Numbered from the stretch's first letter, positions 45,061 through 58,545 are shown. The stretch: DNA of 64,000 nucleotides from Antedon mediterranea (GCF_964355755.1 NC_092673.1:3100001-3164000); one strand, 5' to 3'. Translations and numbers: made by a program. Notes: generated from the sequence alone by a model not told the origin.

Positions 45061-46369
45061 TTATATTGAATATGGACGAATATTTGTATTGTTGATTAAA
45101 AGATCATTTCCAAGATTATTTAGAAATGTATAGTATTACATCGTTTGGGAAGTTTATATATATATATGGTATATGAGGTAATTAAATATTTAAACATTTA
45201 GAATGTATTGTAATCAACCATTTCATTGCACCTACTCAATTAAAACATACCCCTTAAAAATCTAGGTGTACTAAAGTATTCAGAGCACCGACACTTAAGC
45301 ACTTACATTATACAACTGCACTTTAAGAGTATATTCACGCAATTAACACTCAAACGCCTGCTAGTTTAAACCCATACTTGCACATTTAATACATTCATAA
45401 GTGTGCATGCCGCATTACTTAAGTTTAAACTAACCAATAGGTGGATTTAATGACTTTAGGAACCATCAACCGTCCAAATTGTTACAAGCATAAGCACGGA
45501 TTTCCATGTCGTCAAACATGTACAAATTCACAAACTATGTCTGGTTAGATCTTTACTTTAGATATACGGCTTAATGTTACATTTACGTTGATCCGTGGGG
45601 TATGCTCTTAGATCTATACCTGATACAATAGTTGTGATTTTGAAATCCGATTACAGCGCACACAGGCATTTAGCCACAGAAAGTGATATAAGTCTACTTG
45701 TGTATGGTGCTTGAAAGGATCTTGGTTATGGCCTAGGATTAAACCTAATAGCCTATCAAGCTATTTGCTTGTACTTTAAAGATATTTAAAGCAGTCAGAT
45801 TAAAAAAACATGTTATACATTAAATTCTTATGGGTCGGCTGCACTGTGAACTTCAGGAAGATTTCAATTACTGTTGTAAATCCCTCTTAAGCCTTTGAAT
45901 GTTTTGAAAAGCTCCTTAAGGGTGAACCGCACATTTTTTATATTTATTTAAACATTTTAGACAAATGAAAATAGAAGTGTAAAAGATAGCTACACTTAAT
46001 TAAGGCTGGTACACATGTGTCCTGCACACTACAGAGGATATACCAATAAATGTTCACATTGTTCTGATCTTTGTTACAGCATGTTGCAATACAAATACAT
46101 TCATTTTTTTTATGAATAACTTAATCATTTGATGAACCACATTATTTATATACATTGTCTGTTTAGTCTTATACAATTAAAAGACTGGCCATAATTAATA
46201 CTGTAAAAACAATTATTGCATAAATTTATTTAAATTTTAGTCATTTTTGTAAGAATCATTTGAATAAACCTAAAGTAATAACAGAAAATGCATAATTATG
46301 AATAAACGATTAATAAGAAAGAAACAAGAATAATGATGAATAATTTATTATTTATATTATAGATATAAC

Positions 46370-46658
46370 ACTTGTACTAATTAGGGCTAGTGTTGCCCGA
46401 AAGCTCTGCTTATTTTTCTGGCTGTTTTACTTCATCGTTTTGCTTTAGCTTTTCGCTTTTTTTTTGTATCCATTGAGATCCAGCCACTGATACCCACAGT
46501 ATTGTCATTTTTTCAGTGCTTATTTTGTATCTCCATTGAGATCCAGCCACTGATACCCACAGCATTGTCATTTTTTCAGTGCTTATTTGGTATCTCCATT
46601 GAGATCCAGCCACTGATACCCACAGTATTGTCATTATTTTCAGTAATTTGCCTTTGGA
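46370..46658 (+). mobile_element. Second copy of the hammerhead-bearing repeat with an internal 63-bp unit in about 3 tandem copies
   Basis: CTAATTA-GGGCtagtgttGCCC-GAAAGCTCTGC (decayed core); CCATTGAGATCCAGCCACTGATACCCACAG at 46470, 46533 and 46596. Confidence 0.65.
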
Positions 46659-48183
46659 TTTATTATAGACATGAGAATAATACCATATTATGTTATACAT
46701 TTCTATATACTATAATCGCTATAATGTGCTATTTTTCATCATAATGTGAACTAGATTCAACATTTTCTGCAATCTTTGTATTGTTCCCTTTTTTTGTAAT
46801 AAAATGTCTTTATTAATGCATTTGTACTTTCCACATATCAAAACTGAAAACATTTTGCATAGTAATATGCACATTTGTTGTACTTTTGCCTCATATATCA
46901 AACCATTTCTTACAGATGTTTATCAAACAACATAGAAAATAAAGAAAATCAATCCATCTTTTCTTGAGGCATTAGTATTTTGTTTGTCAAACTGTCATTT
47001 TGAAACTGATCGTTGCCGTAATTTGATGAGACGGTCGGTGTGTATGAATGATATCTATTGGATACCAATAGTGCCCCCAGCTACTGGTTTTCGTTGTGCC
47101 CAGGTTCTTTCATTAACATCCCAGACAGGTTGATGACCTCCTCAAATTATAATATTTTATTCAATCTATTTCGTGCTTAGCTTGTCTGAAATTTTATTTT
47201 TAGTTGGAACATCCCTACCTGGCAATGGAATGGTCTGTCATATTTTATTTAATATCTTGCATATGAAATATTAAAGATTAAACATTATTTATTGGTCCAT
47301 AAAAATATATTTGAAGGGATAAAAAAAGATAATAATTATTTTACAATTAAAAAAATTAATATATTTGTCATTTCATTGGAATTATATTTTACATTACATA
47401 ATAATCAACAAAATTATATATTATTTTGTCAAACAATTATATTTTTCATTAAATTTGTTTTCTTAATAAAACTTTATATAACTTTAACATTATGTAATTG
47501 AAGAGTTTTCCCAAGATATGAAATTTAATGTTTAACAGCTGCGGTTTTATCATCACGTTATAGTAAAACAAAGCGCGGATTCTGTTAGTTCTAAACTAAT
47601 TTTTCAATCTGTTCGCACATCTTAAACATGGGTTTATGGTTACCTGAGCCTCAAGGGGTACTAGTGTGTCGTATCAAGCGTAATTGAAATGTAAATATCT
47701 ATCTTCTGATTGGTTGCCTCATCATCATTTGAAGTTATAGCGACTACGGTGGATAAAAATAGATTAAAGGTGCTCTGTCGGAGAATCTGAAAATTATGAA
47801 TACAATTAAAACAAATATTTTAATTGTCTCATACAAAGGAATATTAAAAGTTATTAGCTTTAAATGAAATTTATATTCATATTTTTAAATTAGCTGCCAG
47901 CCATTTTAGAACACTTGTCTGGCAGGGATTTTATGTAAATTTATTTGATTGATTTAGTGACTTAATCAATTCTAATTTTCATTGTATTGCATCAAATATT
48001 ACATTATTAACACAAGTTAAACACAGGGTGATCGAATTGGACTCGCACCCGAACCCTCAAAACGTGGAGGGCCTGTTTTGGAGAGATTTTTTTAGCTTAG
48101 TGAAACATGCCAAATAAGTTCTCCTATCGCAGCTACACCCGTCCTCCACCAACTTCATTGTAACAGCCCACATTGAAGCTTTA

Positions 48184-48342
48184 AGCTCTGTCTACACTAT
48201 CAAACTAGTTTGACAAAAAAAGTGTGATGTGCCCAAATATGGTAGTGATATACTTAAATATGATAGTGATATGACATCGTCATGTCCATATATGGGCACA
48301 TCACATTTTTTTGTCACAAAGTTTGATGGTGTAAACAGATTT
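48184..48342 (+). mobile_element. CArG-MITE copy 14 (full)
   Basis: Left TIR perfect; TTA...TTA flanks. Confidence 0.92.
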
Positions 48343-48828
48343 TTATGCCCCAGGTGAGAGGCATAGGCTAACGTAACTAAACAAGTATACACTGTATCTT
48401 TAATACAGGTAGATCGTATTGGCCTCTGGTTCTCTTTTATCAATGCTTTTCACTGAGATGGAGATAAATTACGCTAGTGGTTGTGTTTGGAATGTGTTGT
48501 CTTATCACAAGACCTTGCTCATCATTTTATTTTGAATGATGTTGTTTATGTCTATGTTCATGCTAAATTACATTCTGTTTATATCAACTTTCTTACTAAT
48601 CTTCTGTGAGAATATTGCGCACTTTGGAATTTAAAACAAACTTAAATCTACTTTCAAAATTAAATTAATTATTAAAGATATTTCATTAAATTTTAGTCAA
48701 ATCACTAGTTTTGTTATTACCAATGAGATTAATATTAATAAATGAAAAAAAACCTGTTTTATTTGTCAAAATTAAACTTAATGATAAATCTAGATTTTGT
48801 TAGTCAGTTAGGTGAACATAACCTCAAG

Positions 48829-48965
48829 TTTACACTATTTATTTGACAAATTATGATAGTGATATGCTTAAATATGGTAGTGATATGACATCATCATGTC
48901 TATATTTGGGCACATCACACTTTTTTTTTGTCATATGATACTAGTTTGATAGTGTAGACAGAGCT
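48829..48965 (+). mobile_element. CArG-MITE copy 15
   Basis: Right TIR perfect; left arm decayed. Confidence 0.85.
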
Positions 48966-49454
48966 TTACAACTCATTTTAGCATATCCTTGTACATTGTA
49001 TTCACCTTAATAAAACAGTAAATAAACTAATTTCACAAATAAAAGCGTTTAATGAACACTTTTCAAATGCACTTATGAGCTTATTTAGGTACAATACATG
49101 TAACTTATTAGAGGAATGCAGGCTAATATTAAATACTTCAAGCCTTCAAGTTGTACTTACATTAATCCTTTCATATTCACATATTTTAAAGCCTACAAAC
49201 GCCTTAGCTTTTATCTGTCTCGGACATTAAGTTTTTTTTATACTATACAACAATACAAAATGGACTAAGTTCGTAAGCTTAAATAATGAAGGTTTTCTTT
49301 TTATACAATTTTATCCTTTATCTCTCAGGATGTGCTTTTCGTATATTCATTCGATTTTAATCGTATAACCTTGACAAATCTTATTTCTTAATCCATGGTT
49401 TAAACCCCGTTAACTTCCATATATCACAAAGTAAAAGGTAACAGCAAATAGTAG

Positions 49455-49640
49455 TCATGGCATAGTGGCATTGTGGCTTAACTTATTATTGCAAGGTCTT
49501 TGGTTCAATTCCTGGCTTAGTCTTCTAGTTTAATACATAAATATAATAATATAGTAACTTTGGAATTAGTGGCACTATGACTTGGTGGTTGACATGCTTG
49601 TTTACCAATCCTAGGATTCCTGGTTCAAATCCTGTAACAA
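49455..49640 (+). repeat. Two adjacent decayed tRNA-derived SINE heads
   Basis: A-box-like TAGTGGC...TGG followed by B boxes GGTTCAATTCC (about 49502) and GGTTCAAATCC (about 49622); no intact cloverleaf. Confidence 0.5.
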
Positions 49641-51041
49641 TCCCAGGCTTTTGTGATGGCCAATACAGCACCACTACCTATAGTCCACTATAAATATTTT
49701 GGCACATATGGCGTTTCATACGTATAATACTTGAGCTTGTATTGTCAAACAAAACTCAAAACGTCGAATGATGGACTAACATTAAAAAAAGACAATAAAT
49801 ACAGACTTAGGGCAAGTCTACACTACCCACTGTAATAATCCTCATAATACTTAGTTTAAAGCATGGTTTCTAATAGTAGATATTTGGTTTCTCCAAAGAC
49901 AGTAAATATAATACTTGAAAATGATGGATAGATAATTCAAAATAATTTTTATTTTAATCCACAAAATATAGTCATCTTGAGAAATTCTTTTTTTTAGCTT
50001 CATACAGGTGGAAAACATGAACATTATAAATGTTATATATGTCACTTGTCAGTCAAGGCCTTTCATATTTTTAATGAATAAATTATATTACTTGTGTTGC
50101 TCCAATTTTATCGACATTTTCGAAAAAAATAAATTAATTAATCAATAGTATAGCATAAGCAAGTGCATAATAATAGCTACACAAAAACTTATACATCTCT
50201 GCATTTGTGACCAAGATATGTTACAATGAACATTTATCATCAAAATTAATTGCTCTTTTGTCCCAACATTTTAGTAAATAATGTTGTGCATAATGTAGCC
50301 GGAGAGGATGATTAATGATGCAGTGGCATCAATTTATATCGCGATGAAAAACAATATTTACAGGCGCTAGAATTTAATTGATGACACTAAGAATTGTTCA
50401 AAGTAAAGACAAAAACTGTAATAAGGCTGAAATAGTTATGTAAATAAGAAAGACTAGAAATTTAAAAGTGAAATAAAATCATTCAAATTTGATTCATCTG
50501 CTTTATTATGCAATTTTCCTAAGTGTATACCAAATAAAACAGATATTCTAGGCCTAGTATATTCAACTCTTTCGATATATATATTTATTTATGAACCATA
50601 TTTAATGAGGGTGATCCATCCAGCAATTGCTGATCATTTGGGACCCTCAGAACAGATACAATACACAAAAGTAAAGTTAAAGAAAAACAAAAAAGCCTAA
50701 ATGAATGCATCGGAAAAACAAGATTTCTAAATATAAGTATTCGTTACTTATTCGTCTATCTTACAGACATTCTTCTGAGTTTACCTAAATATTTAGGTAG
50801 CCTATAAATTTAGCTTTCACAATGTTCACAAAGTTCAGTAGATGTGAACAAAATGAAATTATAGAGGGCAGCAGATAGATAAATGTAATTATCGCAATGT
50901 ATGTTTTTTTTTGTGACAAGGTTGTTTACTTTGAATATTATAATTTATATAAATAATATATGAATAATCATGTTTTAAATTAATATTAATCAATTCTGTG
51001 TTTGTTTCTTTTATTTAATTTTAATTATATTATCTTTTCAG

Positions 51042-51098
51042 AATCAAAACCAAAGCCGGATACATCTGATCTAGATCCAAATGTGGATGCAATAGGAA
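51042..51098 (+). CDS. FGFRL1: FGFRL1 57-nt linker exon (Asp/Pro-rich, acid-box position)
   Basis: Long pyrimidine tract then cttttcag|AATC to GGAA|gtatgt; phase 1-1; (E)SKPKPDTSDLDPNVDAIG lies between Ig1 and Ig2. Confidence 0.8.
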
Positions 51099-51269
51099 GT
51101 ATGTTGTGTTTTTTTTTAAATAATTTTAATATTTTTGTAATAAAGAAAAAATTTCCACTAGTACATTTACATTAAAAGTGTATTCGTATTCATCTATACC
51201 TATTTAATGGTAGATAAGAAAAACTTGACCCTACTAAAAACTTTAACAAAAACGTTTGAGTAGCCAGGT

Positions 51270-51305
51270 TACACTGTCAAACAAGTTTGACAAAAAAAGT
51301 GTGAT
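51270..51305 (+). mobile_element. CArG-MITE copy 16 (arm fragment)
   Basis: TACACTGTCAAACAAGTTTGACAAAAAAAGTGTGAT. Confidence 0.7.
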
Positions 51306-51360
51306 TAAGTTAATGTGTAATATGATTTTATCATAATTTAATAAAATTGTTTCCTTTCAG

Positions 51361-51648
51361 CAATACCAAAATTTATAAAACTAACCAAGATGAGAAAAAT
51401 ACATAGGGTGAAGCCACAAGGAGGTACTGTGCATCTAAATTGCAAGGCAACGGGCCATCCAAGACCAGATATATACTGGAGAAAGGATGGTAAAAATTTC
51501 ACAACTGACGATGCACGTAAGGTGAATAAGCGAGGACCATCTACTTTAAGTTTAACAAAGTTAAAGGCGGAGGACAGTGGCATGTACACGTGTGTAGTAT
51601 ATAACATCAATGGCCAAATTAACTTCACCTATACAGTTGAAGTAGTCG
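51361..51648 (+). CDS. FGFRL1: FGFRL1 exon, Ig domain 2
   Basis: cctttcag| to GTCG|gtaagt; IPKFIKLTKMRKIHRVKPQGGTVHLNCKATGHPRPDIYWRKDG...EDSGMYTCVVYNINGQINFTYTVEV, with the basic heparin-binding start of FGFR D2. Confidence 0.95.
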
Positions 51649-51764
51649 GTAAGTACAACATTATTTTAATAATATATACGGTATATTGTTCTACAGGCAA
51701 ATTATAATGTATATGTAAATGGGGGAATAACCTGTGACTTCCAGCCTACTGGGCTGAATTGCGC

Positions 51765-51911
51765 ACAGGTGTGGACGACGCATACCAAACTTTCTTATCC
51801 GCTAAGGGTCCCTTCGTGTCGATTGCTGCCCCCCAAACAGGTGTGGATGACGCATACCAAACTTTCTTCTCTACTAAGGGTCCCTTTCGTGTCGATTGCT
51901 GCCCCCAAACA
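51765..51911. repeat. GC-richer 72-bp tandem duplication in the FGFRL1 Ig2-Ig3 intron
   Basis: ACAGGTGTGGA(C/T)GACGCATACCAAACTTTCTT...GATTGCTGCCCCCAA x2 (51765, 51837). Confidence 0.9.
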
Positions 51912-52067
51912 ACGCCCGTTTGTCTGTCCACAACGACGGGCTGCGTGTCAATGAATACAAATAAAATACTGCAAGCAGAAAGTTACACCAAAATGGTAAA
52001 GTAAAACCACAAGAAGCATTGTTACTACTGTATTATAATATTCGCTATAACATTGAATTTCTTTTAG

Positions 52068-52427
52068 ACAAAAAAGAAATAGAAGTTCCACGTCTTATTG
52101 ACGAGTTGCCTGTAAACACAACCGTACGGCAAGGTGAAACAACGTCGTTTCAATGCAGAGTACAAAGTGAAATAACACCCCACATTCAGTGGCTAAAACG
52201 CATTGAACCACACAACAGATTAAAAAACTCAAACACAACCATTGATATGGACGGTCAAAAGTTTATAGTCCTTCCACCGGGACAAATTGCCATACAGAAA
52301 GATGGCACATACTTGAATAAATTGACTATCTCAAATGCAAAAGTTGAGAACACTGGAATGTATGTTTGTCTTGGCGCCAACACAATGGGGTATAGCTTCA
52401 AAAGCGCCTTCTTAAAAGTTCTCCCAG
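52068..52427 (+). CDS. FGFRL1: FGFRL1 exon, Ig domain 3
   Basis: cttttag|AC to CCAG|gtaaga; PVNTTVRQGETTSFQCRVQSEITPHIQWLKR...DGTYLNKL...GMYVCLGANTMGYSFKSAFLKVLP, highly characteristic of FGFRL1 D3. Confidence 0.97.
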
Positions 52428-52817
52428 GTAAGATGTCATTTTTATTTCAAAACCGAAAAATGTTATGTGATTACCATAGAGCCCAATTCATTCATTCAAT
52501 CTTTTATTTCGGAACCTCTGGTCCATAGAAAGTAAAATTATGTATAAATTAACCAAAAAAAATAAACTGTACTGACTATTACTACTGATGATGAGCTCTT
52601 ATCTCAGGATGGTATTCCACCTGGAGATTATCTTTGACTTTATATAAGATGTTGTCTATAATTAAGCCTACACATCAGGCCATATATTGATATTCTTAAA
52701 AATTCATAAAAAAAAGAAATTTTACATTCTGTAAATATGAGGCTGGAACTACAATTTTGTATTTTACATTCTGTGAGGCTGGCAGTACAATTTCTTAATT
52801 CTTAACCCATTATCGTA

Positions 52818-52915
52818 GCATACCTGAATGGGTCATAAGGTACCCTGAATATATTAAAGGCATGATACCATGGTAGTGATCTTAAGATAATGGGTTCAAA
52901 TCCCGCCTAACTCAA
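52818..52915 (+). repeat. Decayed tRNA-derived SINE head
   Basis: B box GGTTCAAATCCC at about 52893 with a degenerate A-box-like region upstream. Confidence 0.4.
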
Positions 52916-53160
52916 GTATTCTTGAAATTGCCTATCATGGCCATCGAGGCTTGATGTTAATAGATATTTCTTTTAAATGTTAATACAATGATGGTTATAA
53001 TAAGGTGATGGCTTACTCACTTAACTTGAGTATTTTTTCTTCAATTTGTTGAGTTGAATAGATTCTACTTTTGAATAATAATAACAGTTCACATCTTAAA
53101 AAAATGTATATCTATTTATAACTTTTGATTCAACGTTCTTATTTGTTTACTTTTTAACAG

Positions 53161-53609
53161 GAACTGGCAATATGAATCCAGCATTGACAGAAACACCTAG
53201 CATGATCGACAGTGAAGATGAATCGCTACGTAGTACTGTACAGTATATTATATTTATAGCAATTCCATCAGTCGTCGTCATAATATTCATAGGAATGTTG
53301 ATCGCGTACTGTTCGGGTTGCCGAAGGTCAACGTCAAGGACGCCACCGCCTCAAGTACGTCAGCAACAGGTGTTAAATCCGCTCAATCGTGAAGAAACCA
53401 TTGAGCATGCACCGCAGAATTTAAACAAACCTTATTATCCAACACCACCTCAATCTCACGAAAGTTACCCGGTCGGATTTGATAAAATTGTAAATCATTA
53501 TCAGGACTTCCATCCGCCGACGACGTATTCCGATACGTTAAATAGTAACGGAAGTTTAGCAAGTAGTCGTATTTATCATTATCCACATATGAATGTACAT
53601 CAGTGCTGA
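53161..53609 (+). CDS. FGFRL1: FGFRL1 last coding exon: TM helix plus kinase-less cytoplasmic tail
   Basis: ttttaacag|GA; TM segment YIIFIAIPSVVVIIFIGMLIAYC; Pro/Tyr-rich tail ending IYHYPHMNVHQC*. The joined CDS is 1518 nt (505 aa), close to the vertebrate FGFRL1 length. Confidence 0.93.
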
Positions 53610-55280
53610 GATTATGGACAGACAGACAGACAGACATTCACATATTTTTGTATAGTTATACATGTATATAAGAGTAAAAGGTTGTATTCTATTGGTAGAT
53701 CTAATGATATACCATGTATTATTGTATATTAAAACTATGGCGGTTTAATAAAATAATGGGATTATTGATTTGACTAAATATTTATGCCTAGGCCTGTTGA
53801 GAACATCACATCATATGGTATATTTAATATGTTTTTTTTATAATATTAAGTTCTTCATTCTTCAATATATAAAATTTACAGTCATCGTTAATATTTATCT
53901 CTATAAATACCCAAAAGATCGATAAACAAATAAAAGGATAAACTTAGCTCAAGGTAGCAAAAGTAAGTTTTATCCTATAGATCGTTAGCATATCCACAAA
54001 GTTGTATTGTCTCCCAAAAACATGAACAATAAAGATTAATAAAATCAGACTTTTAATAGGCCATTTTGCAGTTTTAATAAGTGTATTCACTTCTGTAGGG
54101 AAAACAAATTATTTCACTTATAAAAAGACAAAATAAACGGTTAATTCTAACCAAAAACTCATTGTCTGACAGACAATTTAAGAAGTTTTGCTTTACATGG
54201 TAAAGTACAGGTAAATAATTTTCCGATCCAGTTTTTGGATTATTAAAATGACATATAAAAAAAAAAGATTTTTTTTTCAAATTATTTTTCAGGGGGGACA
54301 ATGAATCTAACCAACAACCCAGATTACTAAGCCTAAACAAGCCATGTCTTTTCTCCATATTATATTTTCAGTTCCCAATTCTGTACATATTTAATATACC
54401 ATACTCAAATTTATGTATAAACAATGTATTATGTAGAAATACATACGGTACATATTTTATATGTGTGTGTGATTTTCTCATGGTCTAGGATAACTTTTAT
54501 ATAAGGGGTGTATAATAGGGCTGGATGTATAATAGCATTGTATTTATAGAGATCTATATTTGATCTCACCCCTGACAGGAATGGAGGGTGCTGCAAACAC
54601 TAGCTAAATACCTGTTGGAAGTATTTATCAAATGTTGGCCAGTCATTATAATCTGTTCATGTTTATACTTTATTAAAACAAGTAAAACAACTAAAAGCTA
54701 TGTACAATATTAGTAAAAAAAATGGGAATGGGAAGAAAGGTTGAAGGTCAAATTAACACGCAAACCTATAAATTGAAACTTTATTTGGCAAAATTCTATA
54801 ACATTACATAACTCGGGGGTGAATCCAGAACGCGTGGAACCCAAGCCCCCTGGATCTCCGCTCCTGTCAGAACAGTACTGTACAATATTTGTTACATTAT
54901 TTTAAAGATGATAATTTAAATGTCAATCAAACAGTTATATTGCAGAATATATTTACATTATCATTAAAAATGCATCCTAAAACATGAGATTTGGACATTT
55001 TCATAGTTATATTTATTTATATTATTTGTCCAAAATACAAATTGTTATCTATTAGACAAGCTAAAAGCAATCGGAAATCATTATTTTGGTGTTTAGAGTA
55101 TAACTCTATTAATTGTGCTATCCTTTTTTTGTATTCGATCAGGTGTCTGAAGTTGATCATTGTAGTAAACCGCTATATTCAATATTTCAATGACAAAATT
55201 AAAATGTTTTGTTAATTTCTATTGTTGAATATCATCCTAATTGATGTAAAATTTACAAAAAGTAAACAAACAAATACAGT

Positions 55281-55408
55281 TTAGGTATTTGTTCACACAC
55301 ATGAAACTGAGCGACAATGCATTTCAATCTCTCGTTTGCATGCTCAGTGAGAATGTTGTAATTTACCTGCAAAAAATAAGTTGTTACATGTGTGAATCGG
55401 GTCTTAAT
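55281..55408. mobile_element. Decayed MITE with TTCACACA(TG) inverted ends
   Basis: TTAGGTATTTGTTCACACACATG...CATGTGTGAATCGGGTCTTAA. Confidence 0.5.
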
Positions 55409-56432
55409 TAAGGAAGAAAATCCTGTCCCATTTTTATATATAATTATATGTGGTTTATATAATTATGTAAATTTTTCTTATTTACACAACTCTTTATATT
55501 CTTTACCATTTTAATCTTCAAAATATAAATAATTTTAATAAGTTTTAATAATCAAAGTTATATTTGATAATTTATAAAGAAATTCTCTCTGTAATAAAAA
55601 AAATCTGTTTATTTTATATGAAGAAAATATTTATGTTAAGATGTGTTTTTTTTTTTTTGAATTATTAAATTCAGGGTTTATCATTTTATTCTGTATCATA
55701 ATAATATTGTGTTAGTTCAAGCTTGGCGTTGAATGAACTTAAATTTAGTTTTTTTTATAAAAGCTGCAATTATGTATAAACACTTTAAATTTTTGTTTTA
55801 GTTAATTTCCTGGTGATATAGACTAATATATCATAATTCCATTATGAAGAGTTAGAGTAGATAATACATGTACTTTAGACAAAGAATTTTAATTGGGTGA
55901 CTCATAGAATACATATATTTTATTTTATCAAAACCAACAGCAACGTATGGAATGGGGAAAATATGTTTTTTGGGGAGTGGGGAAGGGCAGTGAAGGGCTG
56001 AAACTTACATTTTGCAGGGCGCAACATCATTTAGGACATTTTACAATTTGTCAACAAAATGTAAAATGTCTCAAATGTATTGTAATAAAAAATAAAACTA
56101 AATTGGAGTGAATATACTTCAATGAAATGATTTCACATTGCAAGTGCATCTGGACGTTTCCCATTTTCTGTAAACTGTGTTTTTATTGAAATGGATAGAA
56201 GTAAAGTGTTTGTGACAAGCTTTTTATAAAAACTGTTTTTAGAACGGTCTGGATTTTGTGTTGCAAAATCGTAAGCCACCAGCAACGTTATATAGCATTA
56301 GTTTTTTGAGAGTTAACCTTTGTTTAAGGTTGTTAAAAATATAGCATGTGTTTATTGTTATCTTTAAAAATAAGACATTTTGTACAAAAGTAAACTTTGT
56401 TGTAATTCATTATTTATCTTTGTTGTGTTTAA

Positions 56433-56592
56433 AGCTCTGTCCACACTATCAAATTTTATGTGACAAAAAAAATGTGATGTGCCCATATATGGACATGATG
56501 ATGTCATATCACTACCATATTTGGGGATCACTACCATATTTATGCACATCACACTTTTTTTGTCAAACTAGTTTGATAGTGTAGCCTCAGCT
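56433..56592 (-). mobile_element. CArG-MITE copy 17 (full)
   Basis: Between the convergent 3' ends of FGFRL1 and the subtilase; TAA...TAA flanks. Confidence 0.92.
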
Positions 56593-56976
56593 TAAGAAGA
56601 ATAACCTCATCATATTATGTGTATCCTGCTTTTATTAGCACCTTGATGCACGCCAAAATCGTCGTAGTCGTGACCATCAATATCATTACCATCGTCAACA
56701 ATATCATAACTTAAATCAATGTCATCAAATATATATTATCATCATATATCATTATATCCTACAAAACTTTGACAAACAATATATAGTGTACACACAGATA
56801 ATGCATCATGGCGAATTCTTTATTATCATAGACATTACTACATAAACTACATTAATTTTTCAAATTACCGTATTTGCCTAAGTGCATGTGTATACGCCTA
56901 TTTTATTCAATGAATTACAAGAGGTTATATTGATGATTATTCTTGCAGAACAGTATGTCATTCAATTTTATTATTT

Positions 56977-57107
56977 TTATCCGATGTAAAGTAAACGGTT
57001 TGGTGATCCTTTGACATCTGTAACTCTGTTGCTTGTTGCATCATTAATAAGTTTACGTTCTGAAGAAGTCTTGCTATAGCCTTTGCCAAGTAGTACAGCA
57101 GCAGCAC
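56977..57107 (-). CDS. Subtilase exon 8 (C-terminus)
   Basis: GAAAVLLGKGYSKTSSERKLINDATSNRVTDVKGSPNRLLYIG*; AATAAA signals follow on the minus strand. The joined CDS is 1107 nt (368 aa). Confidence 0.93.
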
Positions 57108-57534
57108 CTGAAGAAACAAAGTTTGAAGTTGAAGACATTTACAGACGGAAAAAACAAATAATTCAAATTTTTGACACATTTATTTCAACATTACATGCCC
57201 GTATCCAGAGATGTCTGCTCACCCATTTTTTATAATAATGCTAGTTCATAATTGGACTAAACATTCGGTTCATAGAAGCTGGTTGCGGACTAGGTACATC
57301 ATTCAAAATTTGGTTTTCATACTATTAATCAAAGGATAATATTCAGGCCGTTTCTGTGTGACTATTAAAAATAGGTTAACTATACTGGTATAAGACGCAC
57401 ATGTAATTTTGGTATCAAATGTGTCTATGAAAAAGTGCGATTTGTACACAAAAATATACACCAAGTATTCACAACAATTCCAAACCCTTCTTCCCTATGC
57501 ATTGTAGCTAAGCAGTTTCATTGAGATAAAGTTA

Positions 57535-58224
<690 letters not shown>

Positions 58225-58383
58225 TAGACACACTCAGTAAGCTGCTACTTTATCTTTTTCATGTTAATCCACCAGTCAGCTTTTCGATTTTTTTAAATTA
58301 TACATTTGAAACAGATATGTGCCAAAATATTTATCTTTTACTAATATTAAGTCAAAACTCCGTCTAGAATCTATACTAACTCA

Positions 58384-58545
<162 letters not shown>

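Noticed and set aside
46410-46744. Repetitive ORFs on both strands
   Set aside because: They result from the 63-bp (multiple of 3) tandem repeat, with no splice context or domain.
49455-49640. Functional tRNA genes
   Set aside because: B boxes are present but there is no pairing acceptor or anticodon stem; treated as SINE relics.
51746-52004. Three overlapping ORFs between Ig2 and Ig3
   Set aside because: They derive from the 72-bp duplication; the Ig2 and Ig3 exons join in frame without them.
52585-52612. CTGATGA-TGAG...CTCA hairpin as a hammerhead
   Set aside because: Followed by GGAT rather than GAAA, and there is no helix I/III.
53609-56977. A downstream tyrosine kinase domain that would make the gene a canonical FGFR
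   Set aside because: The TM exon ends in a stop after HQC and no kinase motifs are seen; this is FGFRL1.
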